A stretch of DNA of 64,000 nucleotides from Octopus vulgaris. Its lineage: Eukaryota. Shown in pieces: positions 11,854 through 25,007 of the stretch. Within the stretch, counting starts at the first letter, position 1. Every line of letters begins with the position of its first letter. A program made the position numbers and the translations under genes. The notes below the pieces were generated by a model. It was not told the DNA's origin. It made no database searches and saw nothing but the letters and a program-made list of their open reading frames with translations. The DNA is taken from the NCBI GenBank assembly GCA_951406725.2, contig OX597818.1, forward strand, positions 31,868,001-31,932,000, written 5' to 3'.

Positions 11854-12859
11854 TATATGCGTGTATATGTACATGTAGAGGTAGGTACGTACATATATGT
11901 TTATATATATGCATATGTTTTATTTTATTTATTAATATATATATATGTATATAAATGTATCTATACACACAGAAATATATATATATACACATATATAGTA
12001 TATATATTATACATATCTATATCTATCTATCTATCTATATATTTATATATGTGTGTGTGCGTATATACGTATAAATATATAAATATATGTACATATATGT
12101 GTATATACACATATATGTACACACACACACACACACACATGCACACATATACACATATATTTATAAATGCATATATACATGTATATATATATATATGGAC
12201 GCATAACAATTTACCACTGCGTTCGTGCCACTTGAAAAGAGAATAACCAGCACACAATTCAGAATAACTAAATAACTAAATGAAATCTTGTTTCTTTGCA
12301 GTTTTAGGAAAAGAAAAACAAAATCGTTGAGAAAGACCAAATCTGTAAATTACTACAGCAACAAAACTCCTCTGATCCTAGTGTAAACTTAATGCCTTTT
12401 ATAGCTGCTACACTTAGCAGTAGAAGCAACGATATTAATTTCATGTGTTTCTCCATTCCTTCCCACTGTTTGTATCATTATCGCTCGCTATTTCCATTAT
12501 TTGAACGGTCTTGTCCAAGTTCTTAATAGCATTTACAATTCCAGCCAGCACATGTCGGACTCAATTACACGAACAAATCGCAAATCGATCTCTTTTGTTT
12601 ATGAATTATTTTGGTGTTGATTTTTTTTTAATATACATTTGTTTATATCATACTATGTATTCTTGTTTATTGTTGATTTGCATCTGTGCATGTGTGTGTG
12701 TGTGCGTGTGTGGGCGTTTATATGCGAAGTGGGATGAGAGAGAGACCCAGAAACAAAGTGCTTGTTTATTTTCTTCTTTCGTTTTATTAAGCTTTGTTAA
12801 TGAAGTCCACCTGCTTCCCGTTACAAATTTCTTTACTAATAAGTCTATACAGAATTTTC

Positions 12860-12873
12860 TAATAATGACAATG

Positions 12874-12934
<61 letters not shown>

Positions 12935-12954
12935 TAATAATAATAATAATAATG

Positions 12955-13002
<48 letters not shown>

Positions 13003-13038
13003 GTAGTAGTAGTAATGATAATGATAATAATAATAATG

Positions 13039-13105
<67 letters not shown>
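12860..13105. repeat. About 245-bp (AAT)n microsatellite
   Basis: Direct reading; source of the poly-I/L ORFs. Confidence 0.95.
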
Positions 13106-13238
13106 TAGATGTAGAAGCACTAACAATTATATGAATTATAACTAATATTTTCGCTATTTGCCACAAAACAACCCAAATAGCACTATATAATGCTTTTCAA
13201 CAATACACCACTATATATATGTGTGTTTATGTGTGTGT

Positions 13239-13274
<36 letters not shown>

Positions 13275-13440
13275 TGTGGGGGTGTGTGTATGTATGTTTT
13301 CATATGAATTACTGTTGCGTTAATGTATTTTGTTCCAGTGGTAATCTATAGAACAACGTATAACTAAACAGTTTAACCAACACAGATGTAAATATATTCT
13401 CGCTGTGTACGATATAGTATCGGCAGAACGAGATGAATCA

Positions 13441-13482
13441 GTTTAATCGGTTTCGATCCTGAGCTGGGATATCTTCAGCAAG
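13441..13482 (-). ncRNA. Degenerate type I HHR-like motif
   Basis: TTG-CTGAAGA-T-ATCC-CAGCTCA-GGAT-C-GAAA-CCGATTA: both core boxes and stem II present, stem I poor. Confidence 0.4.
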
Positions 13483-13496
13483 ATAGAGATAGAAGA

Positions 13497-13530
<34 letters not shown>

Positions 13531-13552
13531 GAGAGAGGGAGAGAGGAAAATT

Positions 13553-13969
13553 AACCTGGAGCATCAACTAGAGGAAAACTCATAAACAATCAACTATCAC
13601 TTCTTCATGGATGATTTGAAACTGTATGGCGAAGATGAGGTACAAGTGAGTTCCTTGGTGAACACAGTCCACTGTTTTAGTACTGATATTAGAATGGAAT
13701 TTAGACTCAAGAAGCGCGGAATAATCTACCTAAAAAGGTGCAAGGTACAGTCTCTACCAGGGACTGGATTACCTAATAGAGGCTTGATTAAGCAAATTGA
13801 AACGGAAGGATACAAATACCTTGGTGTACTTGAGTACAGCAAGATAATAGAAAACGAAATGAAAAAGTAATAATAACAACGGGAATTGCATTATTACTGA
13901 AGGTGAGGGGACCGAGCTCGAATAAAATATTTACCAGTTGGCAATACTTCCATTTCTTTACGTTCTGAG
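13553..13969 (+). repeat. 417-bp local duplicate of 10774-11190 (RT C-terminus plus flank)
   Basis: Colinear near-identity that includes the truncation junction and non-LINE flank; this copy keeps FMDDLKLYG. Confidence 0.9.
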
Positions 13970-14230
13970 CAACAGCACACTCCTTAACTGACCACGGAGA
14001 TGCAGCAAATAAATCCACGCTTTTCTCTTTCTCTATATTCTTAGTTCCTCTGTGAACACAGCGCTCAGGTATGTCTTCCTGCTACATTATTAACTGCACT
14101 TTCTTTCTTGCAGTGTCGGTCTCAACGGTTTTGATTCTGCACCTTCAAGATAACACAGTTCTGGAATGATTCTGTGATTTTGGGTGCTCAGTAGCATTTA
14201 CATGTTCACACTGAAACCTCCCGATCACTT

Positions 14231-14528
14231 GTTTGTTCCTTCTCGAGCCACGCTCATAAGGGCCGGTTTCCCGGTTTCCTTGGCGTATAGGTTCCCCACC
14301 TGGACGGGACGCCGGTCTGTCGCAGGTGAGCTGCAAGATGCAGGAGAAAAGAGTGAGAGAAAGTTGTGGCGAAAGAGTCAGCAGAAGTTCGCCATTACCT
14401 TCTGCCGGAGTCGCGTGGAGCTTAGGTGTTTCGCTCATAAATACACACATCACCCGGTCTGAAATTCGATCCCGCGATCCCTCGACCGCGAGACCGCTGC
14501 TCTAACCACTAGGCCATATGCCTCCACT
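14231..14528 (-). mobile_element. Full-length tRNA-derived SINE, family E
   Basis: A box TGGCCTAGTGGTTAGAGC, B-box-like GGATCGAATTTC, (AAAC)n tail, 12-bp TSD TCCCGATCACTT (14219-14230 / 14529-14540). Confidence 0.85.
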
Positions 14529-15029
14529 TCCCGATCACTTACCATCTTTCGGCAATTCTGCACTCGCAAATAACTGTTTTTGGAAATACAAATATAACAA
14601 TTCAAGGAAAAATGTCACTGTGAATGCCCCTGACTACTACTGCATTCCACAGGTATGAACATTGGAGCAGGTGTGTGTTTCTTTTTATATTACCGTCGGA
14701 TTTCAAAAACGGCAGACACTGTCTTATACTCAACTGCAGTCGATAGCGATCACATCGTCATACCCATAAAACAGGGCCTATTTTTGTTGCTCTTTCGAGA
14801 ACACGTTGAACGTACTCGCAGTCTTTCGTGGTACAGAACTGAATTACTTTTCTCCTTCCCCGTTTATGAGCAAATACCTCAGGAAACAATTCAAAACTAC
14901 TTTGATATTACGTCAGAAAGGCAGCTCCTTATGTCAGAAACTTTCTTGCTCGCAAAAAAATATGCTTGTATGTATTCATGTTTACGTTTTCTTGATGCTG
15001 CTGTTTGCTTTTCTGTATTTGCTTGCATT

Positions 15030-15288
15030 GTGGAGGCGCGTAGCTTAGTGGTTAGGGTGTCAGCATCATGATCGTAAGATTGTGGTTTCGATTCCTGGAC
15101 CGGGCGACACGTTGAGTTCTTGAGCAAAACACTTCATTTCACGTTACTCCAATCCACTCAGCTGGCAAAAATGAGTAACGCTGCGATGGACTGGCGTCCT
15201 GTCCAGCTTGGGAACACATACGTCATTGAAACCAGGAAACCGGGCCCATAAACCTAGCTAGGCTTTAAAAAGGGCGCAAAAGAAAATA
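15030..15288 (+). mobile_element. Full-length tRNA-derived SINE, family D
   Basis: A and B boxes; 13-bp TSD ATTTGCTTGCATT (15017-15029 / 15289-15301). Confidence 0.85.
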
Positions 15289-15390
15289 ATTTGCTTGCAT
15301 TTTGGCCACGTTTTCTGTAACTAGGTGGTTATCTTTTATCGTATGTCTTTTGTCGGTGCTGTTATTCTGGTTTTATCTCTATCTTCTATC

Positions 15391-15824
15391 ATTTACATGT
15401 TTCGGTCTTCTTTGGACACATCTTCCAAGGGTATTAGTCGAGTAGATTGACGTCGGTACTTATCTTCAAGTATTATACATATTCCAACAGTCGCTTTTGC
15501 TGAAGCACTACGTTACAAGGACGTAAACGGACCAACACCGGTTGTCCAGCATTGGTGAGAATAAACAAAGATATAAAGACCACACACAAACATACACACA
15601 CATGCAGACACACATACACGCACACAGACACAGACAGATACACACACAAATATGACGGGCTCCACGCTTCCACCCAGTTTCCGTCTGCAAAATTCACTCA
15701 CAATGCATTGGTCGATCTGGGGCTATAATAGAAGGCACTTGTCGAAGTTGCTCCGCATTGAAACTGAACCCGAAAGTATATAATTACAAAGTGATCTTCT
15801 CAATCATACAACCAGGTTGCGCCT
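15391..15824 (-). mobile_element. Diverged SINE family A copy
   Basis: Colinear with 27121-27587, including the internal (CA)-rich tract. Confidence 0.65.
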
Positions 15825-16149
15825 AAATCTCTGTTATTCCACAGAGTATCAACGGGGGTTCATTTGTTAATGCTGGTGCTAAAATTCACGATGATGAGAA
15901 ACTCTTCGTGCTACCCTAATATAAGAAGCCATACTGTAGAACTAGTTTGCGAAATATTATGAAATAAAAAAAATATCAAAGGCAGACCATATTTTCCGCG
16001 TTATTGCGAAAAGAGAAATGGAGTGAACATTGAAAGAGTTCCAAAAAATTTTATCAGTAAAATTATTCAAAGTAACTGTCTTCCATTAAATCCAAGTGTG
16101 GTAAGTGTGAATTTTCTCAGAAGTTATTACGAGCTTACACGCCATCAAC

Positions 16150-16794
16150 ATGAGGGATGGGTCATCAGCGGCATGCTGACAAAGATCTTGACAGACTCCG
16201 ACGCGATTTACTTTCTGCTCATTGCTCAGCAAGCGGGGGACAAACTTGACTGAGACACACCGCTTGTTCAAATCAGACGTTAGGATTGCATGCACGGACC
16301 ATTAAGACAGACCAAAAACATCAGTAATGTCATTGATTGTCCTCCGAGGATACTCATGCACAAGCTGATGAACTTCCTCCATACTTCCAGGGGTGACGTT
16401 TGACGCTCGTGGTTGGCCTTCCAGATCACACATCGTCTTGCAGTAACGTTCTTCATTCAGCTTTTGAAACTCCCGATCCACTCAAAACATTGCGTACGGC
16501 CAACGGCCTCCTCGCCGTAAGCTTGCCGAAGCATGCTCAATGTTTCTGTGGCAGACTTCCCAAGTTTAACGCAGAATTTCACGTTCGGTCTTTGTTCCCG
16601 ACCATGACAAAAATCGCAGAACACAGCATACACGTGATCACAAAATCACAAATTTCACAACTTGCGTAGTAAACATGGTGATGTCACTCGACACATGAAT
16701 GTCACTGCTAGCTCTCACTGTGCACACAACAGTGTACTGCCATCTGTTGGCGCGCTACATAACTAGTCTGGGAACTTTATGATACGACCTAATA
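16150..16794 (-). mobile_element. Truncated mariner transposon (one TIR plus transposase N-terminus, no DD34D domain)
   Basis: Minus strand TA-TTAGGTCGTATCATAAAGTTCCCAGACTA end; translation EQRPNVKFCVKLGKSATETLSMLRQAYGEEA...SGRP...ILTSDLNKRCVSVKFVPRLLSNEQKVNRV (HTH plus WVPHEL-type linker). Confidence 0.85.
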
Positions 16795-16819
16795 TACGAA
16801 GTAATATAGATGTATTAAA

Positions 16820-17198
16820 TACTCTTTTACTATTTTACTAGTTTCAGTCATTTGACTGTGGTCCTGCTGGAGTACCGCCTTTAAACGAACAAATCGACCC
16901 CAGGACTTATTCTTTGTAAGTCTAATACTTATTCTATCGGTCTCTTTTTCCCGAACCGCTAAGTTACGGGGATGTAAACACACCAGCATCGGTTGTCAAG
17001 CGACGTTGGGGGGGGGGGGGGGGCAAACACAGACACACAAACATACACACACACAGATATATATATATATATATATATATATTTTTTTATTGGCCTGCTC
17101 GCTTAGCCAGCGGGGTGGCGTAATTCGAAGGCTAAAACAATGCAAACGCATTGTGACCAGCGATGTGTAACATCTGATGGTCTGGTCGATCACGTGAT

Positions 17199-17248
<50 letters not shown>

Positions 17249-17411
17249 GACGGGCTTCTTTCACTTTCCGTCTACCAAATCCACTCACAAGGCTTTGGTC
17301 GGCCTGAGGCTATAGTAGAAGACACTTGCGTATGGTGCCACGCAGTGGGACTGAACACGGAACCTTGTGGTTGGTAAGCAAGCTAATTACCACACAGTTA
17401 CTCCTACGCCT
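16820..17411 (-). mobile_element. SINE family A with a nested tail fragment of another SINE (17092-17205, +) in its internal (TA)n
   Basis: Head GGCGTAGGAGTAACTGTGTGGTAA, tail (AAAAGAGT)n; nested GGCCTGCTCGCTTAGCC...CACGTGATCACGTGAT. Confidence 0.85.
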
Positions 17412-18074
17412 ATATATGTCATAATTAAATTATATATTACGCATTATATCGTATTTTTTATGGACATGGCCGCACGGTGCGTGGAGAAATTGACGTGCAT
17501 GAAACCGGTCCGTGGCGTAAAAAGCAGTCGTGAACTGCTGTTTAAAAGGATATTTAGCTGCTATTTCTAAGAGAGCATGAAGGCAACCACATCCAGGCAC
17601 GCTTGTTGTCTTGTCATGTTTCTGTATGTGACATGTGTTTCCTCTTTATCAATTTCACATTTTGTTCGCAAGCATGAGTTCTCGCCTTTATCTTTTCATC
17701 TCATTCTGTCACAGTTTCTCCCCCGAGTTATTTCATACCCCCTTCACAAGCCCTCAAACAGAATACCTCCATGAATGACTGATTACAGTTCTATATGCCC
17801 GACTCTACCTCTGTGTACCTAAAAGAATAAACTTTCTCTCTCTCTCCCACTCTCTCAGTCCTTCTTTTAGTATTTTCCTCCTTCTGTGTCTTATATCTCC
17901 CGCTCTGTTTTGTTATTTATCAGTTCATCTCTACATCTATCTGCCCATTTATTTATCTGCCTATCTGTCTGTCGTGTTTATGCGCAGTCAAATCTCAATA
18001 TACCATCTTACCACTAAATCGACAACAACAACAACAACAACGAATCCAATGAACAGGAAAGCAAGAGCAAGATT

Positions 18075-18113
<39 letters not shown>

Positions 18114-18134
18114 TATATACATGCATAGGGATGT

Positions 18135-18498
18135 ATACTTTTTTTACTCTTTTACTTGTTTCAGTCATTTGACTGCGGCCAAGCTGGAGCACCGCCTTTA
18201 GTCGAACAAATCGACCCCAGGACTTATTCTTTTTTAAGAATAGTACTTATTCTATCAGTCTCTTTTGCCGAACCGCTAAGTTACGGGGACGTAAACACAC
18301 CAGCATCGGTTGTCAAGCGATGTTGGGGGGGGACAAACACAGACACACAAACACCCCCCCCACACACACACATATATATATATATTGGTCGGCTCGAGGC
18401 TACAGTAGAAGACACTTGTCCAGGGTGCCACGCAGTGGGAGTGAACCCGGGACCATGCGGTTGGTAAGCAAGCTACTTACCACACAGCCACTCCTGCG
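18135..18498 (-). mobile_element. SINE family A
   Basis: Colinear with the other A copies, with an internal deletion. Confidence 0.85.
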
Positions 18499-18537
18499 AT
18501 ATATATATATATGTGTGTGTGTGTGTGTATGTATACA

Positions 18538-18868
18538 GTGAAGGCGTATGGCTCAATGGTTAAAGAGTCGGGCTTACAGACATGAGGTAGCGAGTCCGAT
18601 TCCTGGACCAAGCAGTGTGCTGTGTTTTTGAACAAGACACTTTATTTCACGATGCTCCAGTTCACTCAGCTGTAAAAACGAGTTGTGTCGTCACTGGTGC
18701 CAAGCTGTATCAGCCTTTACTTTTTTTCCCCTTGAATAACATCAGTGGCATGGAGATGGGAGGCTGGTATGTATGGGAGACTACTGGCCTTCCATAAAGA
18801 CTTGTGCCACGGAGGGGAACTTTCTAGGCGCAATCCCATGGTCATTCATGACCGAACGGGGTCTTTAC
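18538..18868 (+). mobile_element. tRNA-derived SINE, family C
   Basis: TGGCTCAATGGTTA A box, GTCCGATTCC B box, central domain shared with family D, distinct tail. Confidence 0.75.
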
Positions 18869-18872
18869 TATG

Positions 18873-19062
18873 TAGGGAGAGTTTACGAAAATAAACAAAA
18901 GACGAAGACAGGTGGAGTAGAAAACAAATAGATGTATTAGTATAACGCTCAGGAATAGAAAAAGTCTTTTTCGTTTCGAGCCTACGCTCTTCTATAGAAA
19001 AGTACACAGAAAAAACAAGGAGAGAAAAAAATGTGTGTAGCGGCTAACGATCTATCATGGCG
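18873..19062 (-). mobile_element. Short repeat family H1, copy 3
   Basis: Direct match to 1788-1971; minus strand CTTTT-CTATAGA-A-GAGCGTAGGCTC-GAAACGAA. Confidence 0.7.
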
Positions 19063-20056
19063 ACACATGAGTAGCCAAGACTGGCTGGGTGGATAAATAG
19101 GATAAAATATCTTCTTAATCGAAGTATGCTCTTTTACTTCTCCAGTACTTGCAGAAAATTCCGCAGTTCTTCAACTCGTCTTTGAAATTTGAAATACGAA
19201 TTACCCGTGGAATTTGACTTGAATACATCGCAAAATCATGGATAGCACCAGATTGCAAGAATATTGAATTATTCATGTATAATATTAATACATGCATTAA
19301 TAATACATATAAATACATACGCATATATCGATGCGTTTCTCTCTCTCTCTCTCTTTCTCTCTCTTAAACATGGATGTTCTATTAGGAAAATCTATACTGC
19401 GGTAGTTACCACGAGAGAAAATCTCATATTGGCTTTTTTGGACACGTTCATGTGGGGATAAATATTACCTCGCGGTATTTATTCTGCCTCAGTCGCAAGC
19501 ATATTTTTAACAAGCTAACTGGCTAACCACGATACCAGCATCAGTTCTGGGACTGTCAATCTATATATCGACGGGCAAACGAATCGCTGTTGCCTCTAAC
19601 GGTCGAGTATCCATTATTGACTTAGACCAGCCAAAGTCGAAATCACGTAATCAGATGGTCTCGGCGCGAGAGATAGCGGGGATTCATCACCCCGCTAGCA
19701 AATATAAGCAAATGTGCATTTGCATCAAAAAGCCAATGATGAGAGGTTCTCACGTAATAACTAGCGCAGTATAGTTTGTTCTAATAGAACATCTACGTTT
19801 AAGTGGTGTTAAGTATTATCTCACGGCATTAATACTGCGTCTGTATTTTTCAAGGTGTTATCGGTGAAACTTAAGGATTAAAACGGCCATCAAGTTAAAA
19901 CACTACTGTGAGACCAGTAACCGTAACTCCGAAGTTACTATCACCACTATACTTTGAAAATGATAGACACACACACACACACACACACAACACACAAACA
20001 CACACGCACAAACAAACGCATACACACACGCATATGAATGTATGTATATATGTATA

Positions 20057-20465
20057 TTCTTTTATTCTTTTACTTGTTTCGGTCATTTGACTGCGGCCAT
20101 GCTGGAGCACCGACTTTAGTCAAACAAATCGAACCCAGAACAAATCGTAGCCTAGTACTTACTCTATCGATCTTTCTTGCCGAACGGCTAATGTTAAGGG
20201 GCGTACACATACCAGCATCGGTTGTCAAGCGATGGTGGGGGAGCAAACATAGACAAACACAGACACACAAGCACACACACACACACTCACAAATAGATAT
20301 GAGACGGGCTTCTTTCAGCTTCCGTCTACCAAATGCACTCACATGGCTTTGGTCAGCCCGTGGCTATAGTAGAAGATACTTGCCCAAGGTGTCACGCAGT
20401 GGGACTGAACCCGGATCCATGTGGTTAGTAAGAAAACTACTTACCACACAGTCACTCTTGCGCCT
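20057..20465 (-). mobile_element. SINE family A
   Basis: Full-length colinear copy. Confidence 0.85.
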
Positions 20466-20470
20466 ATACA

Positions 20471-20526
<56 letters not shown>

Positions 20527-20566
20527 CGTATGTATATATGTCTACACACACAGACATACAACATAG

Positions 20567-20624
<58 letters not shown>

Positions 20625-21189
20625 GCGCATTCATATTTAACGAAATCTATGTGTGTATGTATGCGTATATAAAAACATGAAAAGTAAGAAAAATCACAAA
20701 AAAATTCTGAAAACCAAAATAAAGTTAATAAAAAAACAAAGAGAGTGAGAGGTAATGTGTAGCGCTTGAGACTCAAACTATGGCAGATCGGTAAATTAGA
20801 ACCGATGTTTGCACGGTATCATGTGGCAATGAAACTGTATTCTGTGACCGATAGACGTATAATTTCACCAAGATAGTCTTACACCATGTCAATCATCCTA
20901 TAATGGGTTTGTATAGGTGAAGTGAGTGGAAGAATAGTTTGTTTTACTGAGTTTGCTTCAGAATATCTCGTCCAGAAGAGCCAGAGCTCTCTCGACACCG
21001 ATATCACTACAGCTACCCCTGTTAATACTATGAAACGAGGGCGCCTAATCATGATTGCACGACTGTTTAAATAAAGAAGCTAAAGTGCTTTTCGGTGACT
21101 CTATGGTTTCAGCCTCTCTGAGGTTAGTCTTTGATCTAAGGTGCACCGCTTGTCTACCAGAAGATTTTATTGTAACTGGAATTTAGGAG

Positions 21190-21909
21190 CAGTGCCGGCT
21201 CGTAGATAAAATTAGTGGGGATGTTGTTTCAGGGAATTTGTAGCCGCTGTTTTAATATTTTGTAAAAGGAAACAAACATAAAAAGAATATTTATACATAA
21301 ACTCGATCGGTTCACGTTTTAGCCACTGCCAGGTAGTGTGTTTAATTTGTTCGCTGAACACCGCTGCGAAATTCTCCCTTGCTTTTCAAAAATCCCCCTA
21401 AATCACAAAATAAGGGAGGGGGATCTACCCTATTTTTCAAATCCTGGTAACAATACTGAAGCTGGAAGCAGGATAATAAACTAATTCTACACTTTATCAC
21501 ATTCAAGAATATAGATACGTTTTTAAGCACAACACACGCGGAGTCAAAAAGAAACACTGTCTTTCAGCAGCATTACGTGAACTACAGAGCTGTCTCACCC
21601 TAGCGTAAAGCTTCCTGTCTCGGACATGTGAGCGTGCGCACAACAGCCAAACACCACGTCGCTGGAACTGTGAATTTTTGTATTTTCTTCATAAACTAGG
21701 GGATGGCTACTGACATTAAGACATTAAGAGCTACTGACTCTTTCGCCACAACTTTCTCTCACTCTTTCCTCCTGCATCTTGCAGCTCACCTGCGACAGAC
21801 CGGCGTCCCGCCCAAGTAGGGAACCTATATACGCCAAGGAAACTGGGAAACCGGCCCTTATGAGCCAGGCGTGACTCGAGAGGAAACAAACATATACGAG
21901 CCGCCACTG
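21190..21909. mobile_element. Non-autonomous hAT element with a nested family E SINE 3' part (about 21733-21892)
   Basis: TIR CAGTGCCGGCTCGTA / TACGAGCCGCCACTG (14/15); 8-bp TSD TTTAGGAG / TTTAGGAA. Confidence 0.8.
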
Positions 21910-22054
21910 TTTAGGAACTAAGTATTCTCCCCGCCGACCAAGAATGGTTTTCTCTGTTGAGAGAACTGTAACGGAGTTCGAAATGGAATTTTTTTATTAC
22001 GAAGTTAGCTGATAACTAGAATTCTCTATTGACCTATATAAAGTCATTGTGTTG

Positions 22055-22225
22055 GGTGGCGAACTGGCAAAATCATTACGGCATTTCGTCTGTCTTTACG
22101 TTCTCAGTTCAAATTCCGCCGAGATTGAATTTTCCTTTGATCACTTCGTGGTTAATAAAACAGGTACCAGTTGATCACTGGGGGGTTGATGTAATTTTCT
22201 AAATTTGCTGACCGTTTGCCAAAAT
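22055..22225 (+). mobile_element. Diverged SINE family B
   Basis: GGTGGCGAACTGGCA...TTTACGTTCTCAGTTCAAATTCCGCCGAG. Confidence 0.6.
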
Positions 22226-22727
22226 TTTAAATAAATATGATGTGAACGTTCGAAAGTCATCCCATGGTTTAACCTCCTACTGTCCCTGCGACAACTGTTC
22301 GCGCCTCTTACGCAAAAGGTGAAACTTGTTTCTAAGCCAAACAAATAAAACCCCATATTTCCACCCCACACAACATAAAGATGAAGAAAACTATTGCTTA
22401 GCCTTCGACCATTCCTGCCTGAGTAAACCTTGGAATAAAAGGAATCCCAGCGTCAACAAGTAGGAATGACAGGCGCAATCGTCATCAGCGAGTGCGCCGA
22501 TAGCAGCATATTGTGGCCCTCGAGATTACAGTAAACAATCTTCCAGTTTATAAGGATTTTTCATCAAGAGTAGAGTCCACAGTGATCCGTAGGTAGGAGA
22601 GGTGCAGCCGGAGGGTAAATGTCCAAAAGAGAATCCGTAAAGGGTAGATAGAAAGTCCAGTGGAGAAGTTCGTGTGTGATAAGAAATGACAGGATCAACA
22701 GGTGCGACCACGTGAGCGTGTGATATA

Positions 22728-22813
22728 TGGGGAGAGTTCACGAAAGAAAAAAAAAGACGAAGATGTACACCACCTGTCTTCGTCTTTTGTTTTTTTTTTT
22801 CGTGAACTCTTCC
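22728..22813. repeat. Collapsed inverted pair of family H1 termini
   Basis: GGGGAGAGTTCACGAAA...AAGACGAAGA-tgtacaccacctg-TCTTCGTCTT...TTTCGTGAACTCTTCC. Confidence 0.65.
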
Positions 22814-23394
22814 AGTTTATACGCAGGTGGTTTCATGGTCTCTGGAATTCTCACTGATTCCCTTCAAGGTCTTTTGCGCGGAGCAATAATTGTCGAGCAA
22901 TAATTGCAGCTTTCCTCAGCGTATTCTATTATTTCCCCCAATCCAAAGATAGTAAGTTCTGGTTTTGTTATTATGCATAAGAAATTCGTAGTTCTGTTTT
23001 CTTTTACAGTTTTTTTTACCTCTTTTTCGGCTGTGTGTAAAATAACGGGCTTCTGTTATTAAGGTAGGGAGGTACAGATTTTATTATTTTTTTGGAGAAA
23101 CAGAAGTGAAAGTTGTGGCTTTCATAATCTAATATGAGATGTTCCAGATGAACACAACGATGTGGTTTCGTGTTAACAATGAGAGACATAATGAGTAAGT
23201 ATTGTTGTTAAAAGCATGATGTTCTGGTTCTTCTTAAGAACACGGTCAGTTGAAAAGCATGTTGTTCTACTTTCGCTGTTCTGTTTATACTTAAACTGTG
23301 AGTTTTCATTATTCTTCTCTATTTTTTTTTGCTGTTTTTGCTGTTTCTGCTTTTCTCATCGACATCTATGTCAACATTATTATAATCGTCAGCA

Positions 23395-23815
23395 TCACCA
23401 TCACCACCACCCACCACCACCACCACCATCCTCCTCCTCCTCCTCCTCATCATCATCATCATCATCCTCACCACCACCACCACCACCACCACTACCTCAT
23501 TGTGTCGGATTGTTACCCACTAGTAATGCCAAAATGCCATCAAAAACTTCACCGCTAATACCGACCAACGACCATCGCTACTAACATTCACAAACCCACT
23601 ACCACGACTGAAATCACGATCACCACAGCCAAATCTACCAGAACCACGACGACAACAAAGACGACGATCACCACCACCACCACCACCACAACCACCAAAA
23701 AACAACAACAATAATAACAACAAATATATTCTTAGTTTTCAACATCACAACCGCCATCATCATCATCATCATCACCACTACCACCATTATCATCTTCATC
23801 ACGATCATCATCACG

Positions 23816-23858
<43 letters not shown>

Positions 23859-23870
23859 ACATCATCAACA
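23395..23870. repeat. Compound trinucleotide low-complexity tract (CAC/CCT/CAT/CAA)
   Basis: Direct reading. Confidence 0.9.
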
Positions 23871-24971
23871 TTAATACTCGTGCCGACAATAACACCCTAA
23901 CATTATTGGTGTAGCGTTTAAGAAATAGGGGCTGCCGGTGGTTTGTGTAGGGATACGTAAATGTGTGTGTTGGAACTCGGTGCCGTATATCATACTTTTT
24001 ATATATGTATACTCACTAACTTGTTTGCAAGGCAGTACATACATACATGCACATAGATACGAACATGCATACATACATTCACACACATACATATATACAT
24101 ACATGCATACATACATGCATGCATATATACATACATATATAAAAACATATACTCACACTCACACACACACACTCACACACATGTATATACCAATAAATAA
24201 CCTCAAATTAACGTTTATTCATATAACAGATTTCATATTCTGTGAATAAAAACCCGTTCATAACTAGAGTTTTTTTTTTTCCTTTGAGATTTTAAGTGCC
24301 ACATTATTTGTCCCTCATTTGTAATGAGACAAAATAAAATGAAAGTGAAGACATTTTTCCTTCGTATTTACACGAAAAAAAAGGAGAAAAATTAAATTAT
24401 ACGTGAAGATAATTGCCCCTAAGCCAGTCAGTAAGAGTATCGTCTGCGCGATTGACATCAACTGTAGAGATCGTCTGCCGAGTTGATTTTCGGAGCGCCT
24501 CATGTTTAATGAAGCTTCTCTGTATGTGATTACTTACCTATCGAAAGATATAATCTCCAGCCGTGTTTATACAGTCGAGCCAGCTGTCAACACTAGCTGG
24601 GGGACCCCCTAAGGAATGGGTGTCCGCAATTTGTATATGTAGAAAAGTCGGTGTGTCTATTTCGTCATCCGATGCTATAGTGTTTTTTCCCCTCTATTTT
24701 TTTGTATTAGAATTCACACTATTCTCAACGGAATGTCTTGGAATCAAAGTAAAACAGTCAGCGGGTGCGGAGTGGGAGAGGAAAAGTGTTATCGAAAGAA
24801 GGTCATGCCATGTCAAGAAATTTCTTTTTTTCTTTTTAACGAATATATCTAAAGAAATGGTCGTGTCCATTTAAAGACTGGCGGAATTGCTTCCTGTGTG
24901 AGAATTTCGATGGCTTCCACGTGTAACGTAGAAACACTATCTGAATTTCTCGTCAGTTCATTCCATCCTGC

Positions 24972-25007
<36 letters not shown>

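Noticed and set aside
16023-16669. Functional mariner transposase
   Set aside because: Stops and frameshifts, no catalytic domain, second TIR not found
17440-17540. Charlie-like hAT terminus (GAAACCGGTCCGTGG...CTGCTG)
   Set aside because: Only one decayed end is visible; boundaries cannot be supported
22390-22495. Minus-strand CTGATGA with a partial stem
   Set aside because: Second box is GAAG; no stem I or III
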